Assembly: GCF_009914755.1 (NCBI RefSeq) | Contig: NC_060930.1 | DNA: 64,000 nt | From: the human T2T-CHM13v2.0 reference genome, Homo sapiens | Direction: 5' to 3' (one strand) | In this document: positions 40,088 through 53,569 of the stretch, one piece after another | How positions within the stretch are numbered: the first letter of the stretch is position 1 | Layout: each line of letters starts with the position of its first letter | Made by a program: the position numbers and the translations under genes | Notes under the pieces: generated by a model | What the model saw: only the letters and a program-made list of their open reading frames with translations | The model's database searches: none | What the model was told of the DNA's origin: nothing

Positions 40088-41012
40088 GGAGAAATAGCAA
40101 ACTATGCACCCAACGGGGGCTAATATCCAGAATTTACAAAGGATTCAAATAACTAAAAAAATGCATTAAAAATAGGGAAAGGACATGAATAAACATTTTT
40201 CAAAAGAAGACATACAAATGACCAATAAGCATATGAAGAATGCTCAACATCACTACTAACCAGAGAAATACAAATTAAAACCACAACAAGATACTATTTT
40301 ACATCAGTCAGATTGGCTATTACTAAAAAGTCAAAAAATAACAGATGCTGGAGAGGATGTGGAGAAAAGAAAGGCTAATACACTTTGGATGGGAATGTGA
40401 ATTAGTACAACCTCTATGGAAAATAGTATGGCGATTTCTCAAAGAACTAAACATAGAACTACCATTTGATCCAGCAATCCCACTATTGGGTATCTATCCC
40501 TAAGGGAAATAAATCATTATATCACAAGGACACCTGCACTCATATGTTTATAATGGCGCTATTCACCATAGCAAAGATATGGAATCAACCTAAGTGTCCA
40601 TCAGTGGATGACTAGATAAGGAAAACGTGGCATATATATGCAATGGGATACAATGCAACCATAAAAAATGAAATCATTTCTTTTGCAGCAATGTAGATGG
40701 AACTGGAGGTCATTATCTGAAATGAAACAACTCAGACACAGAAAGACAAACACTGCATATTTTCATTTATAAGTGGGAGCTAAACAATGTGTACACATGG
40801 ATGCAAGAGTGTGGAATGTTAGACAATGGATACTTCGAAGGTTGCAAGCTGTGGGAGGAGATTGTATGATGAGAAACTACTTAGTGGGTACAATGTACAT
40901 TATTCAAGCGATGGATACCCTAAAAGCTTTGAATTCACCACTAACTACACAATCTATCCATGTAACAAAATGACACTTGTAGCCCATAAAATTATACAAA
41001 CTGAAAAAAAAA
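40088..41012 (+). mobile_element. 5'-truncated L1PB (L1PB4-like) 3' end with poly(A)
   Basis: 'gcaaactatgcacccaac...ccagcaatcccactattgggtatctatcc...gagaaactacttagtgggtacaatgtac...atacaaactgaaaaaaaaa'. Confidence 0.9.
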
Positions 41013-43560
41013 CCTTTTTAATGATATAGAATTTCAAAGTTATTTTCTTTAATCTCTTTAATAATATAATTTTCTTCTGTTTTATATAATTTCTTCTGAG
41101 AAGTTGATTTTTAGCAGTGTCATTGTTCATTTGAAGGTAATATGCCATTTTCCTTTGACTGCTTTAAATGCTGTTGTTTTGTTTTGTTTTTGACTTTCAG
41201 AAGTTCAACTATGAGGCACCTCTGTGTGATTTTCTTTTAGTTTAAATTTATTCTTCTACAGATTTGTAGATTTCTGAATCTGTAGCATAATGTCTTTCAT
41301 CATTTTGGAAAATGATGAAAATCATTCAAAATTTTCATCATTTTGGAAAATGTTTGGTCATTTTATGTATTACTTCTGTCATAATTCTCTATCGCCTGTG
41401 CTGGGACTACAATTGCACATATACTAGGACTTTTCACTATGTCTCACATTTTTCTCAAGTTGGTTTTTAAAATTTTTTAACTATTTTTTAGTTTGGTTTA
41501 ATCTGGACATTTTCTATTGACTAGTCTTGTAGTTTGCTATCCTTTTCTTCTGCTGCAATAAATCTGTAATTTTGTTTCTAAAAATTAGTTGTTGCCCTTT
41601 GCATTTGATTACATTTTAATAATTTTTACATTTTAATAATTTACATTTTAATAATTTTTTGTAGATTTGATTTGACTTTTTAGTAGAGTCCAATGTTGTG
41701 GTGACATTTTCTATCTTTTCATTTATTTTCCTGAGCATTGAATTAGTTATTTTAAAGTCTCCTCTGACAACTTCAGTATCTTAATCACCTAATATTGATG
41801 AAAAATAGATCACCACATATTTTTACTGACTTTTTTTCTCTTGGGTTTGCTAATCCTGTCTTATTTCTTGACATTCCTATGTGTTATAGAAGATTGAATA
41901 ATAAAAAATATTAGAGATATTTGGAGGCATTGGCTGCTGTTTTACTCTTCCAGAGAGAATTTATTTTGCTTTCTCACAGGCAGTTAAAGTACAGGAAGCT
42001 GGACTGGAATTAATTCAGTTTTGTGAGATCCACTCTGTTTCCAACTTATTTTCACTCCTATGATACTGTTCTTTCTGACGTTTGCCAGAAATCTTAGATG
42101 TTGATCAGGGCCCCTTCTCCGTAGAGAGCTCTGGACTCCATTTTTTTTTTCCTATCTTTATTATTTTTCCAAGATCTCTGCTCATCTTTCCAGAGAACTG
42201 GACACTGCTTTGTGCTTGGCATCTGCTTCCACAGAAGCACAGGCAGCTTCTGTGCTGCTCAACAGATAGCACATTCCTTCAAGGGAAACATGAATCAAGG
42301 TATTGGACTCCCCAGCTGTGTTTTGTTTCTCTCTGGATTAATTTTTCTTCAAGTCCAACCTGCATGGCTATCCCTGAACTCCAAGTTCTGCCTTCCCAGC
42401 CTCCCCAAAATCTCATCTCAGGTTTCTGTTAGCAAACTCTTTCTGCTTTTCTTTTCTTTTTTTTTCCTCCTGCTTAAAAAATAGCAAATGTCTCAAGTGA
42501 AAAAGTGCCACAGAGTATAATGTTCACCTAAATGAGTTTATTTTCGCTCTGAAATTCTGTGTCTCATGTCCTGTCTCCTCTGGTCTGTCATTCATTCCTT
42601 CAAATAGATGTTTTTGTGCTTTAGTGTAAATTTTCTAATGGTTCATTATGGGAGTATTGGTCAATATCAGCTATTCCACCAATACTGAAAGCAGGAATTT
42701 TTGTTGTTGTTGTTCTTGTATTTTCCGTTCTTAAATTTCCATTTGGTTCTTTTTTATATGGTTTTTTTTTTTCTGAGAATGTTTGTGTGGTTTTTTTTTT
42801 TCATTTCAAGAGGGTTCATAGTTGCTTTTTGAGGTATGTTTTAAAAAATTATAGATGCTTTAAAATCTGGTCAGATCATTCCAATATCTGTGCTGTGTTG
42901 ATGTTGTGTCTGTTGATTGGTTTTTCTCATTAAACTTGACATTGTTCTGTTTCTTGGCAAGATAAGTTACTTTTTATTGTATTTAGATCATGTTACTCAT
43001 TAATACCAGGCTGGCATGGCAGTCAGGCCCCTCTCACACACAAAGCCTCCACAGACACCTATCATCCAAGAGGGAGCACCATGTAGTTGCTACTGGGTTG
43101 TGGTGGTAACGTCTGCTGACATAGTCTGGTTTCAGCTGCTGCAAATGACAGGGTGGGGGAGGGCACTTTTTTTCTCTGGAGTGTTTCTGGTGTCACCCAA
43201 AAGGTTACGCCCTGCATAGGCACTCCCTTCCAGGTCCTTTGGCTAAAGAAAATGGGCTTATTTTGTTTTGTTTTGTTGGTTGGTTTTTGTTTGTTTTGTT
43301 GGTTGGTTTTTGTTTGTTTTGTTTTGCTTTTTGGGGTTGTGCACTTACCATTCTTTCTAGCTTGTGAAATTTTCCAGTGTCCAGGCTAGGATATTTAGGA
43401 GGCAGAAAACATCCTGCCAGTTTATTCCTTGAGTATAACATCTTTAAGAAGGATGCCTTCTTTTCTTCACATTTCAGAATCTTCTTATGTTTGTTTTACA
43501 TATTTTGTCCCGGGTTTTTAGGTGTTATTAGGTGAGAGGTATAGGGTGAAATGTGTCTAC
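41013..43560 (-). mobile_element. very old L1M ORF1/5' region fragments
   Basis: T-rich 'gaagttcaactatg...cattttggaaaatg...gggactacaattgcacatatactaggac' typical reverse L1M ORF1; boundaries uncertain. Confidence 0.55.
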
Positions 43561-44099
43561 TACCTTTAGATAGGATGACATGGAAATCTTCATTATAATT
43601 TTTTAACATTTATTTTCCATTTAAACATTGTTTTATAAACTTTTAGCCCTCTAGCATCATGTAGAATGAAATTTTTACAATGATCTTGCTCCTGGGTGGA
43701 AAGGAGCAGTCAGGACAGAGCATTATACAAATCACTTAGATTCTGGCCCCTCAGCTCATATGCGGAGGATAAAATCCTGGAGACCTGCATTCTTTTTTTT
43801 TTTCTTTGTAAAATGAGGCTGACTGTCCTTAATTTTCTCAATATAAAATCTTTTTTTTACTACAGTAAATTTTTAAAATTCCTATAATTCTAATAAAAGT
43901 TTTAAAATTGTTCCAGATTCCCAAATCCAGGCATAAAAAATATATTTTATCTTGGTATATTTCATTACATTATTTTCAAATTACTTAATATTTTTAAAAT
44001 TTTAATTTCTAATCTCTTGAAACTTCTTCATTAGCAATTAAACATGTATACATCTTTTATGAAAATTAAACAATAACAGCGTATTTCCAGACTTTGTTT

Positions 44100-45360
44100 T
44101 TTTCTTTGGCTACCATCTAGCTCCTATTTCACTTGCTAGCCAGTTTCTCAAAATATTTAAGTTTCCACTTCATCTTGTGTCACTTCACAAGCTGTTGCTG
44201 TCTGGATGCTCTGCAAACCCCTGAATCTTAGCTCCACAGGGTCACCGATTACCTCCCTTCTCCTAAATGTGGTGGACACTTTCTAGCCTGTACCTTGCTT
44301 GAACTCTGCATTTGATTACTGTTTGACATTTCCTACTCCTTTCAGTTTTTTACTTTAAGTAAAACAATCAACTTTATTTTTTCCAAGATGACTTTTTAAT
44401 TTTTTTAATCAGAAATACAAATTCATGTAAAACATTCACATGATACTTAAGAGAAACTCAAATCTGCTTTCCCAGTGTACCACTCCAGAGAAGGGCACAA
44501 TTAGGTTTCTGCTTATAATTTCATTAGATAAAAACTTTATATTTGACATGATACTATTTTGGTACACTTAAAAATGTTCTTCTAACTCATGGTAATTTTT
44601 TTTATTGCCCTTTGGCCATCCCCCTTCAGATGATGTGAGCCCATGTCTTCAGAGAATAAAAGAATTTAAAAAATCATTCCTCAGTTTTCTGAGTTTCAAA
44701 ATAGCTATTGAAACACATGTTAAAATAATAGTTTTAAGAAAAAAGGATTCAAATTATGAATTTAGTCTATTTGAGTTATGTCCTCAGTGTTTTTTAATCT
44801 CAGAAAACGATGCTCACATCTGTACAGTTGTGTAATCCAGAAATCTGGAAGTCATTGAAGCTCCTCACTCACTCTCATCCTCACATCCCATTAATTATAG
44901 AGTGCTACCAGTTGTATTTCCTAAATATCACTAAATTATTCTAGTTTTCTTTCATCTTTACTGCCATCACCCTAAACTATTAGAATCTATTGTCGGGATT
45001 TCATTCTATAGTAGATATTATTCTTGTAAATCTCCATCCAAAGTGTATGTATCTGGCTCACCTCAAAACTATTTCCATATTTGCAGCTAGAATGATGCTT
45101 TTGGAGTGCAAATGTTATTGTATTTTAAAACTTTTTAAACTCTTCAGAAATTTTCTATTGCTTTAATAATGGAATTTTTAAAATCCCAATAATGGCTTAC
45201 AAAGCCCTGCATGTTATGCCCCGATTTTCACTCTCCAGCCTCCTTATTCATTCTCTATTACCTTACTCTCAGCTATAGTCATACTGGTTTCTCACTTCTT
45301 CCTGATATGGTCTGGACCTATTCACACACACTGAATTGACTTCCTGCACTTTCCTCAAAG
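44100..45360 (+). mobile_element. L2 fragments
   Basis: 'ggtcaccgattacctccc...taaatgtggtggacacttt' and 'ccagaaatctggaagtcatt...aatggcttacaaagccctgcatg'; likely interrupted by other old repeats. Confidence 0.55.
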
Positions 45361-45492
45361 TGCATTCTTAGATCATTTATCTTTTCTGATTTTTATTACA
45401 TATTCTAATTTTTCTGGTATATTTTTAAAATTTCCAAATCATTTTATTATCTTGATACTTTCTAGAAATGATTTTCTTCTTTTTTAAAAAAT

Positions 45493-45633
45493 CGGTCTCC
45501 TTAGAGACTGTCAAAAATTACCAATGTCAACTATATTGCAAGTCATCATGACAGGGGTTTTGGGAAAAGTTTTCAATGAGCAATAATTGCATCTCAGACC
45601 TCAGTGGCTGTGATACTACCACTGTGCAAAGCT
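45493..45633 (-). pseudogene. RNU4: full-length processed U4 snRNA pseudogene
   Basis: minus strand reads AGCTTTGCACAGTGGTAGTATCACAGCCACTGAGGTCTGAGATGCAATTATTGCTCATTGAAAACTTTTCCCAAAACCCCTGTCATGATGACTTGCAATATAGTTGACATTGGTAATTTTTGACAGTCTCTAAGGAGACCG = U4 with CpG decay and a ~4-nt deletion; Sm site retained; TSD agaa(a/c)tgattttct at 45464-45477 and 45634-45647; exact RNU4-nP number not determinable. Confidence 0.96.
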
Positions 45634-45889
45634 AGAACTGATTTTCTATAATTTTCACATATAAAATTGTATTATTCTTAAGTAACATTACCTACTTTAC
45701 AATATTTATTCTGTCTGATTTCTTCCTTCTTATTTAATTATATTGTTTAATACTTTCAGAACAATATTCAGTAATAATGGAAAGAGCAGGCATCTCTCCT
45801 AATTTTCTAATGTGTATGCAACCATCATACTCTCTCTCTCACACACAAACACACACACACGGAGATACATACATACACACACAGAGAGA

Positions 45890-46413
45890 GAGAGAAGAGT
45901 TGACATGGCAAACCTGAGACTGCCCTCTGTAGAAAGACTTGCTTGCAAGGTTGGCCCTTGGGTGGCATCTGGATCATGGTAGGATTCCTACCATTTCCTG
46001 TTAAGAATACCTTATATGCCTAAACTGTGCAAACAATATGGTTTATGCTGAACATCTTTCCTTCTGAGGTTTTAGAAAATGCTAGGCAGACAGTGTCTGT
46101 GTGACCAGCTCCCAGTAAAAAACTGGGGCCCTGAGCTTCTAATGAACATCCCTGGTAGACATTTCACTTGTGTTGTTATAACTCATTGCTGGAGGAATTA
46201 AGCTCATCCTGTCTGACTCCACTGGGAGAGGACCATGGATTTCACCCCGTGCCCTTTTTTCCTTTGCTAGTTTCATTTTATATCCTTTCACCGTAATAAA
46301 TCATAGCTGTGAGAATATACAACTATATGCCAAGTCCTGAATATACAACTATATGCCGAGTTCTCCTAGTAAACTATCAAAACTAGAGTGGTCTTGGAGA
46401 CTCCCAAAACACA
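45890..46413 (+). mobile_element. MER68 (ERVL) solo LTR
   Basis: 'aagagttgacatggcaaacctgagactgc...gcttgcaaggttggcccttgg...gtaataaatcatagctgtgag...gtggtcttggagactccc'. Confidence 0.8.
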
Positions 46414-46629
46414 CAACACCTGCATATATACACATATATAAATACACATGCATATATATATATGTATGATTATGTTAAAGGAGCACTTGCCATTAAAATA
46501 TTCATTAGATTCTACCAGTGACTTTTTCTCATCTGTTGATATGATTATATCATTTTTCTCCTTTGACTTAATATATATTTTATAAATTGATTTCTTATCA
46601 CCAAGTCATTCTTGTTTCCTGATGCTCTC

Positions 46630-47718
46630 TCTTCTTGAATTCAGTGACAATGCTGTACACTGGATTATTTCCCTCCCTCTTTGAAGGCTATTTCCATCTC
46701 CTTCCTGCATGAGTTTCTCTTTCTTTCTTTTTGTGTCCTTCAGGTATGTTTGTGCCTTGCGCTCGGCTCCTTTTTTTTCTTATTTTTTAATTATAAAGAT
46801 TATAATTAAAAATTATAATTTAATTCTCAGACTCTCTTATGCATATTCATTATTTGAAGTATGGCCCATATGCATATGACATATCAAACTCTGTTTCCAG
46901 CAGCTCTGACCCCTTTCTGCATTTCAGATGCATAGATCAAATTTCCTCCTGGGCATCACCCCTAGATGTCTCATTCTCACTACAAACTCAATGTATTTAA
47001 CATTGAACTCATTATCTTTCCCTCACTTACTTCTTTGTTTTCAATCTCAGTTAATTACACTAAGCTATAAAACTGGGCTTTATCCTTGACTCCTTTCCCT
47101 CACTCATCCCACACAAATTATCATTCTCCAAGTTCAGTTGATGCTGTACATCTTTCAAGCTCATGTAGTTTGCTCCCCCTCCACTTGTACTAGCTCTAGT
47201 ATGGGCTCCTTCAACTTTGCTGCTATTATTAATAAAGTCTCCCCCTGGGCCCTCTGACTCCAGGCTGCCCATCAGCCAGTACATTATCTACAGTGAATTT
47301 ATGGATTTTTGTAACTTGCAAATTTGATCACCTCTCTCCCCTGCCCAAACTTATCATAGTTCCATTGCCACTCAGAAGATTAACAGTTTTTACTCTGGCT
47401 TACAAAATTCTTCATACCCCCTAACACATTAAGTTATAACCCCTTAAAAACACACAACTTCAAATAGCCACACTAAACTACTTTCTGGAGAAAAATTAAC
47501 TGGACATGCTTTTCTGATATTTCTCCAAGTTTGAGTTGGGATCTCTTTCAGGATGCTCTCCTATCATGCACACATGTGTACTGTAGCACCACGAACATGG
47601 ATTTGAATTGCCTTTATTCTCTAAGCTAGAAGAGCTGTGAGAGCAAGGACTATGCATGCCAACGTTGCCACCTTATAGTGAGTGTTCAATGCATACGTGT
47701 TGAGTGAGTCAGTGAATG
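46630..47718 (+). mobile_element. L2 3' region
   Basis: 'cctagatgtctcattctcactacaaactcaatg...aactcattatctttcc...agtgttcaatgcatacgtgttgagtgagtcagtgaatg'. Confidence 0.75.
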
Positions 47719-47789
47719 GTGATACCATAAATGTAGTTTTGATTCCTGCTTTATTTAACATCACCATCAATGTTCCTAGCTCCCCACAG

Positions 47790-48075
47790 GCCTTTCAGAG
47801 GGAAACTACTCTTTACTTAACCCAAGCTGAAAGGCAATGATAAACAGCCATATCTGGAAACATGTGGGCATGTGTGTTAGCCTTCTTATTGGCAGAAAGA
47901 GAATTAATGGGATGGCTTTGGAAGAAAAAGAGATGCAGAGTGGACAGATTAGCAGGTTCTCTCCCAATTCCTGATGGCTTTTTAAATCCTTGCTAGTTTC
48001 ACTTCATGTGTATCCTTATGAAAAAATTCCCCTTATTTGAGATAACTTGAGTGGAACTCTTCCTTGTATTGAGAA
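47790..48075 (+). mobile_element. LTR16-like ERVL LTR remnant
   Basis: ends 'aaaaattccccttatttgagataacttgagtggaactcttccttg', resembling LTR16-class 3' ends. Confidence 0.45.
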
Positions 48076-49599
48076 AACGAGAAAACAATAAGTGTTTTTC
48101 TCATGTCATTTAAAGTTCTATAAAACCCCTTTAAGAACTGAATATATTCAATACAAATTAATGACTATTTTACACTTTATGGATGTTTACTCAATTATTT
48201 CTTTTTTATTATAAATATCTGTCATATACATTTTTGTACTTAAAAATCCTTGTGTGCATTTAAAACTATTTCTTTAGTGTATAGTCTTAAAAATGGCGTT
48301 CTGGATGAAATACGAATTTTTGAAAAGGCTATTGGTAAATATGGTCAAATTATCTAAACTGCTTTCTGGAAATTTTCTACTAATTAATCTTCCACTAAAA
48401 TGGGTTTATTTTAAAGTTTTTATTGCAATTAAAAGAGGTAAACCCTTTGCAAATAGATAGTCATGGGCTGCAAAGTCAAGCTGGCTATTCAAACTCAATG
48501 ACAAGTTTTTTTTTTCCCCTCTCAACCCACTTTCTGCTGCTCTCCCATTTCACATACACAATGTGAGATGAAGGTCAGGTGAGATAAGGGTATTAGGCAT
48601 GACTTACAAAAGCTATAGGCACAGGATAGCTAGCTGACTTCTGGTATGGTAATAACAATATTGGTGTTACTATTTCTATTCCTACTTGCTTTTGGCACAA
48701 ATGACAGCCAGTTCTGCAAATGCTAAAGCTGTTTTCCACTGCCAACATGTTCTACTAATGATCACTGCAAAAATGCCAGCTGCAGCTATGGAGGGAAGTA
48801 TTTTTCTGATTTTCCTGACTTTAGGAATAGAAAGAAGAAACAGTACCAAATGAACGTGAATTGGAACCCAGTTAGGTAGAAGTCTTTCCTTCTCTGGTTC
48901 CATACCTTCTACCCAAAGATGTCACACGACACTGCTAGGGATAAAATTCCCCATTTGCCCTCTACCTAGGTTTTTCTTCTTAGACTGAGGATTGCATCCT
49001 CATTACATTCAGAAATTGGTGGGTCTGATCATTATATTCCTATGAAAATAGGAGAAAAGTGCCAACTCTCCTCCTACACTACCCTGCTCACTAACATCTT
49101 TTGAAATTTCTGAAAGGTTTGGAAGGGGAATTGATGCTTCAGACAGTCTTCATTTAGTTTCCTCTGATCTCTGGAAGTGGTACTGATCAGGACCACACTG
49201 AGGAAGCACAAATGCTGCTTGGAATTAATAGCCAGAACCAAACTCAACGAGTGACAAGGAAATTACCTCTCTGAGAAGAGTTCTGGGAATGGGAGTGGGC
49301 AGGTTAATTGCACTCCACAATCCCCAAGGCCACCTGGCCATAGCATTCATATTTATTTCAGCCATGGCCCTGTCATGTTGATTACATAGTTAAAACCAAG
49401 ATTGTTTTGCATAGGTTTTCTGGGGCAGCTCAGCTGCTTAGCTACTCACAAGCACTAATGACCTGGAATCAGAGTGACAGGATAGTCTCAGGCCCCATTC
49501 CTCTACTGTGAGCTCCTGCCAATGTCTTTTTTTCTTCAAAAGAGCAACTAGAAAATAGGAAATTTGTCTTAATGTTGTCTTTTGTGTACATTTTGTCTT

Positions 49600-49802
49600 T
49601 AATAATAAAATGTGTATACTGCTCGAGGGCTTACTCTGTGCTAGAAGCCCTGTGTACATGATCTTCAATTCTTACAACCCTGCTAGATATTTTGGTTTCC
49701 ATTTTGAAGGTGAGAAAACCAAGGCTCCAAGAGTTTAAGGAATTTCCCAAGGCCACAAAGCTAAAGCTGCTAAAGCCAAGATTTGATTCCAGTCTGCCTG
49801 AT
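49600..49802 (-). mobile_element. MIR SINE
   Basis: 'ttccattttgaaggtgagaaaaccaaggctccaagagtttaaggaatttcccaaggccacaaagcta...gatttgattccagtctgcctga'. Confidence 0.8.
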
Positions 49803-50084
49803 GACATGAGTTGGGCTTGTCCTCCCTGAAAACACTTCCCACAGTCTCCTTTCGCAGCTTCCATGAGAGCAGTGGGTGTATCTTGTCCAGTGTTAGTGAC
49901 CAGCATGATAGAAGGAAGCACAGAGAGTAGGGGTTCAGGCTAAGAATGGCAGCTAAATACATTAGTGTTGGGAAAGAGATATGGTATTTACATTTAGCTA
50001 GAGATTTTAACATAAAGGAAGTTCATTATACTTAAAGCTGACTGTTAAAACTTCACAGTAAAAATTTAAACTGATTCACTTTCC

Positions 50085-50690
50085 CATTGGCCCAGTGGCT
50101 CTAACTTCTCTCTTGTTCTCCCAGTCCACACTAGCAAGGATCAAGGGTGCTCCTCAGGTTGTGTAAATCGGATCATGTCACTCCTTCACTTACAAGCCTT
50201 CAGTGATTTCCCATTGCCTTAAAGATTAATTCCAAACTCCATAAAATAGCAAATTAAGTTCTTAACTTTTACTATTCCCCCATTTTCTTCTCCAACTCCT
50301 CTTATTCTACCCATACTGAATTACCTGAAGTTCCTTGAGCAAACTCTTTGTCTGTGTCTCTGAGTCATTGTATGTGCTGTTGTTTCTGGCAGTAGTGTCT
50401 GCACTCACTCAATTCACCCCTCATCTCACTTCTCTCCTCCAAAACTCAGTCATGTCAGAGTCTACTACTCTCAGAAGCACTCCCTGACTACTTATCCTCA
50501 GTTCCTCTCATGAGGCCTGGCTATGCACTCCTTTTCTGTTGCTCTAGCTTTCCATACTGACTGTCATCAGTGCACCTTATAAGATGGCATTGGGCTATTT
50601 GACTTCTCTCTGACTAGACTGTGGACTCGGAAATATGTTTTGCTCAGTAGCACATATTAAGTGGTAATAATAAATACTAAATTTAAGAAT
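50085..50690 (+). mobile_element. L2 3' region
   Basis: 'ggatcatgtcactcc...cttcagtgatttcccattgcc...tgactagactgtggactc...taataataaatac'. Confidence 0.7.
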
Positions 50691-51921
50691 ACGACTATGT
50701 TAGGCTCTCTCTGGCAGTTCCTAAATTCTTACCTTCCTTGGTTCAGAGAGGTAAAAGATTTCTGATTTACCACTTTTCCTGAAAGATATAACTAATGTAG
50801 AATCAGTTCAATTTCAAATATTTACTGAATTTCTACAGCAAGCTTCTCTTGGAGTCCTATTTCTCCATGATAAATAGAAATACTGTTTATCTAAAATATA
50901 GGGCTTATAGAATAGGTTACAAGCAACAGTTTTTGAAACAAAAATTTGTTCCAAATAATGTAAACCATATATTGTATGCCAAATTGATTACATGCAGCAG
51001 TATATAACATAAAGACCTGAGTCAGTCTGTACACTGATATTTGCTTTGATATCAAGTGCAATGAGTGGATGATAAGATCCTCTGGAGGAGTCAAATAATG
51101 GATGTCAAATATCTGCTTAAAATATATCTTCATGTAAGGCAAACATTTGAAAACAATATGAGTTGATTTGGCTTCAGATATATTCTTTCTTTATATTTTT
51201 GGTCTATGTGAATGAGAGAAGGAGTAAAGAATAAGATTAGTTTAATAAAAAGGTTTGGTTAAGCTTGAAATTAACATGTAAATAATTCAAATGCCTTATT
51301 CATGGGCAATACTTGTGTATTCTGTTTAGCCTAAGTAATTTAAAATGTGGAGCTGCATTGTATTATTTTACACATAAATATCAATTACAAGTGATTGAAC
51401 CATGGGATTGGACTTAGAGAGAAAGTCCAGGTTTTCAGTTCACACCCTATCACAGGCAATGTGGTCTGCAAATGGATTTTAGTGTAGACCCCCAGAGAAA
51501 GGATAATGGTAGAGCATATGAGTTTCTTCCACATTCATGGGGATTCTATTCATTCACACCATCCACAATGTACTTTTCTTAGAAGAGTGCTTTAAGGATC
51601 CCTCTTCTAGAATAAAACAGCATAATTTCTTACTGCAGAAAGGAGTGAAGAGTATCATATATGAGTTTTGTTTTCAAAATAATTTTCAATTGTTAACACA
51701 TTAAACTAAATGTATGTATGGATTATTTGTACAAGCATTTCACATTCGAGAGTCAAAAACAAACAAAAAGAGTAGAGTTGGTCAGTGTGGTCAAAAAGTA
51801 AGCAACCTTTACTAGGGTTAAATAACTTGTTTCTAGGTGGCTTACCCTGCATTTCTCAACCTTTTTAAATGATTGTCCCACTGGACTAAAATGATTGTAT
51901 AGAGTTTAACTTTTTCTGCTT

Positions 51922-52033
51922 GCACTATGAGCTTCATGTTATTTGTTTCCCACCTGTAACAACATATAACTAGTACAGCACTATAAGCTTCATATTATTT
52001 GTTTCTCACTCTTAACAATATATTACTGGTCCT
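51922..52033. repeat. diverged 56-bp tandem duplication
   Basis: 51922-51977 vs 51978-52033, about 45/56 identities, no indels. Confidence 0.85.
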
Positions 52034-53569
52034 GTTTTTGCAAACTGCATAGTACCATCACCCTACTACCTTGAAAATCACACGTCAGCTTTTACATGCA
52101 CAGAAGCTAACCCACCACTCAACCAACCACTAGACATCAAAAGATAAGATTTAGATGAGAAAGTATTTCATGGCGTCAGTTTCCTATCCAACGTTAGTAT
52201 GTAGTTCTAAGGATATTTCCTTTCTGGTCCAAAAGATTTATTAAGGGAGGGGTATTCAATCCTGTAGGAGGTGAACCCTATCCTGTAGGAGGGGTTCCAT
52301 GAAGTGACTGACACCTCAAAAAGGTATTCATGGTGTTCACTTCCTTAAAGAGAACAGGGTGCAGATGTAGAAAGATTAGGAAAGTGCCCAGTTATACAAT
52401 TATATTGTCAGCTTTTCCCTTAAACTTCAAGAACTGATGCTTTGTTTCTATAAATGCTTACTTCAAATCTTGTGGCCAAACTTTCACTTTTAAATATCAT
52501 AAAAATATCTATTGCTATGTTTTTAAAAATAGAATACAAAAAATCTTCATGTCCTAAAAGTTGAATTTAGGTACATGATGAAACTTCATTAAGTCCACCC
52601 TAGCTAACAATCCTGATTAAACACTTGAAATTTAAAAGATGAATATTTTAGCCATTTTCCCCCTTGAGAACTTTCAGTGTGGTAATCTGTTAACTGTTTC
52701 ATTAGGTGAGCAATATAATCAGAGACCCATAGTAGCTATAGAAATTACTAAGTTTAATGATTCAGGAATCCCCTTGAAGTAGAAATAATAACTGAATAAT
52801 CTACATTGATTAGTTTTGCTTGTATCATAACATCTCTTGGGATCATAATATAAAACTTATCACTCCAGTATTTTTCATTAATTCATTTCTTGTATATTCC
52901 AGTACCCAAAAGCAATTCTGCAAATGCAGTTTACCATTTTATTCTTTTTTTAAAAAAAATTGCTTTTGTCTTTGTTCCTCAGGGACTTTTAGATCTTATA
53001 ATGAAAACTCATTATGTAAATCTCATAGCAAAATCAAAAGTTGTTTAAAATATGTGGGCCATCTCTCTGATTCTTGAATTATATCATGAAGCACTGTACA
53101 CATCGTGTGGACTTCTGTCAGTGAATCCACAATAGCCACTTCCTTAGAAATAAAACTATTATGCCTTGTGAAGAATATGAACATATTAGGCAAAAATTCT
53201 GACCTCACGGAGCTTACAATCTTTGATTTTTAGAAGACAACATAGAAAACAATAATTTTTGAATAATATGTGGCTGATTGGTGTGATTAAAATACAAAAC
53301 ATAATTTGTGTACTCAAAAAGATATTGTCATTCAAAGGGTCACTTTGGCAAACTAAGTCCGTTGGAACTGCCACAGCATAACAAATTTGGAATGCTGTCA
53401 CGTGGATTGGCTTTCAGAGTAAGTTACAAAACCACATGAGACTATCTGTCTCTTACTGACATACTTTTTTAAAACCTGAAGATACTATTGCCCAGCTTTA
53501 TTGACTTGACTTTTACTGGTTTTTCAACTGATTCAAAAATCACATTTTTAATATCCTCATCCTGAGGAT

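Noticed and set aside
41609-41660. Three copies of TTACATTTTAATAAT(TT)
   Set aside because: Short AT-rich slippage repeat within old L1; no further structure
45493-45633. Functional U4 snRNA gene
   Set aside because: CpG decay throughout, deletion in the 5' stem-loop, TSD and A-tail, inserted in old L1 sequence with no evident PSE/DSE
48420-49420. Repeat-free ~1 kb with AGGTCA, AGATAAG and E-box motifs
   Set aside because: Motif density not clearly above chance; needs conservation or chromatin data
52259-52292. ATCCTGTAGGAGG repeated with 21-bp period
   Set aside because: Only 13 bp; trivial local duplication, probably within an old DNA-transposon remnant
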